Below, one piece after another: positions 61,770 through 64,000 of a DNA stretch of 64,000 bases. The DNA is from Malacoraja senta (Eukaryota). The stretch's first letter is position 1. The number at the start of each line of letters is the position of its first letter. Location of the stretch: NCBI GenBank assembly GCA_038087875.1, contig CM075991.1, forward strand, positions 2,480,001 to 2,544,000. The letters are read 5' to 3'. The notes beneath the pieces were generated by a model that saw only the letters and a program-made list of their open reading frames with translations, ran no database searches and was not told the DNA's origin. A program made the translations under genes and the position numbers.

Positions 61770-64000
61770 CTGTGAAGAGTAAAATACTCAAACAATTAAA
61801 TGTCTAGTCCAGCATATGGCTGTGGTCTTCCACTAGATTCTGTCTGTGTGGACAACATTGGATGCAGTTCACACCTTGCCCACGGGCTCCAACCTTTTGG
61901 ACCAGCCTTCATTAGACCTTGCTGGTTGGCGCGGAATCGCTGTATCTCAAAGTCAAAGTCAAGTTTATTCTTCACGTGCACATACGAGATGTGCAGTGAA
62001 ATGAAAAGTGGCGATGCTTGTGGATTGTGCAAAAAAAACTACAAAACAGAATGGAACAGAAACACATAAGCACATATTGCATATTTGTGGGAGGAAAAAA
62101 AGGAAAAAAAACAGCAATTTTAAAAAGACACAACAGCAAAAAGGTCCAGTAAAGTTAGTCCCTGGAGAGATAGGAGTTTACAGTCCGAATGGCCTCTGGG
62201 AAGAAACTCCTTCTCATCCTCTCCGTTTTCACAGCATGGCAACGGAGGCGTTTGCCCGACCGTAGCAGCTGGAACAGTCCGTTGCTGGGGTGGAAGGGTT
62301 GCATAATAATGTTGTCCCTCAGATTCCTATTAAATCTTTTCCCCTCTCACATTGATTCTGGTACTTGGGGTAAAAGACTCTGTGCAGTTATCCTATCTAT
62401 TCCCCTCATGATCTTGTTGGCACCTTGTGATGTATAGTTCCTGCAGGGGGGCGAGTGTAGTTCCCATAGTGCGTTCGGCCGAACGCACTACTCTCTGCAG
62501 AGCCTTCTTGTCCTGGGCAGAGCAATTCCCAAACCAAACTAAACTTCTCTGAACTAAACGTAAACATTCAGTTTGCATATTGCAGAGCCTGGTTTATCAA
62601 CCCATTGAAGCATTAGCTTCCAGGGACATCCAGAACGAAAAGAGATAGCACGGTTTGTTTAGGGAAAATCATATCTGACTAAATTGATTGAATTTTTCAA
62701 AGCATTTGAATTTCCAAGATGCATTGATGAGGACAGTGCGATTGATATGGGCTGCATGGTCTTTGACAAGATCTCAATGGAAGCTGGTCCAAACGGTTGG
62801 AGCCCGTGGGCAAGATGTAAACTGCGGCCAATGTTGGCTTGATAATAGCAGGCAACAGATGACAATGGAGATTATTTTGTCTTTGGACTACTGTGGTCAA
62901 TGGCGTGTCACTAGGACTGTGTACCTTAGCTGTTTGATATCCAAGTTATAGATCTGGATATGAAAATGGGAAGCATTAGTAAGTTTGAAAATGATATGAG
63001 AATCGTTTGCGCTGTTGATAATGAGGAGGTTAATCATAGGCCACCGGGCGCTATTGGTCAATTGATAAGACAGGCAGAACAATGGCAGATGGAATTGAAT
63101 GCAGATAAATGCAAGGTACTGCATGTAGGGAAGTGTAATATGGGAAGGGCACACACCACAAATACTAAGGCCTGAGATGGGTAACAAAGACAGGGGAATT
63201 TCTGTTACAAGTCCCAGGAGCTCTGAAGGGAGCAGCAGAGGTAGGTTTGAGTTTAGTTTATTGCCATGTGTACCGAGGTACAGTGAAAAGCTTTTTTTGC
63301 ATGCTAACCAGTTAGCAGAAAGACAACACATGATTATAATCGAGCCATCCACAATGTACAGATAAATGATAGCGCGAATAACATCTAGTGCAAGATAAAG
63401 CCAGTAAAACCTGATCAAAGATAGTCCATGGGTCTCCAAGGAGGTAGTAGTTCAGGGCTGTTCTCTAGTTGTTGTGGGGGGAGGGGTGGTTCAGCTGCCT
63501 GTTAACAGCTGGGAAGAAACTGTCCCTGAAGTTTAGCCAGGGAGGTAATAGCTTACAGACAGGGAAGCTGGGGAAGATGACTTATGGTAAATAGGCTGGG
63601 GTCTTTTCCTTAGAGCAGAGGAGGCTGAGGGGGACCAGAGAAAGGTATACAGAATTATGTAGGACACAAATAACAGTAAATAGAAGGAACTTTTTCCTCA
63701 TATCTAACCACCCTGTGTAAAAGACTGTACATTCACGCTATCAATTCCCTCATGATTTTATAAAACCACCACTTAGCCTCCTGCGCTCTAAGGAATAAAG
63801 TCCTAGCCTGCCCAACCTCTCCCTGTAGCTCAAGCCCTCAAGTACCTAGCCGTCGTCATCGTGGCTATCGCTCAAGGTCGAGGATGATGGTCTACATCCT
63901 GTTGTTTTGATGGACGCTCAGGTGGCTTATGAGTCCAATCCTGGCAACATCCTCGTAAATCTTTTCTGCACTCTTTTCAGCTTAACGACATCCTTCCTAT

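Noticed and set aside
61835..62850. Inverted similarity between about 61835-61915 and 62770-62850
   Set aside because: Both look like diverged CR1 RT remnants in opposite orientation rather than a designed hairpin.

Overview
Repeat-dense vertebrate genomic DNA. The repeat families (HE1-type tRNA SINEs, CR1/HER1-type LINEs, very abundant Penelope tails) suggest a cartilaginous fish, probably a skate or ray; this is inference. The host gene is on the minus strand: 16 hand-traced GT-AG coding exons (61769 to 16926, 1894 nt, one continuous frame, about 630 aa plus stop) of mitochondrial glycerol-3-phosphate acyltransferase 2 (GPAT2). Its 5' exons lie beyond the window. The rest is mostly transposable elements: (1) a young but internally deleted LTR retrotransposon with integrase-before-RT (Gmr1-like) order, 8089-12168; (2) non-autonomous Helitrons, one carrying a duplicated TATA-ETS-Inr-splice-donor module; (3) a 3.4-kb CR1 LINE and many CR1, L1 and Rex1 fragments; (4) Harbinger-type MITEs, one an almost fully palindromic 313-bp hairpin; (5) about 20 SINE copies. 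The most striking signal is a family of short Penelope-derived units carrying a minimal hammerhead-ribozyme core (CTGAAGA-A-GGGT-loop-ACCC-GAAA-CGTC). It occurs in more than 20 copies, many as TSD-flanked fold-back elements in GPAT2 introns, and one sits just after the GPAT2 stop codon. Coordinates were read by hand: exon, LTR and Helitron ends should be close to exact, boundaries of degenerate repeats are approximate, and protein homologies rest on remembered sequences rather than a database search.
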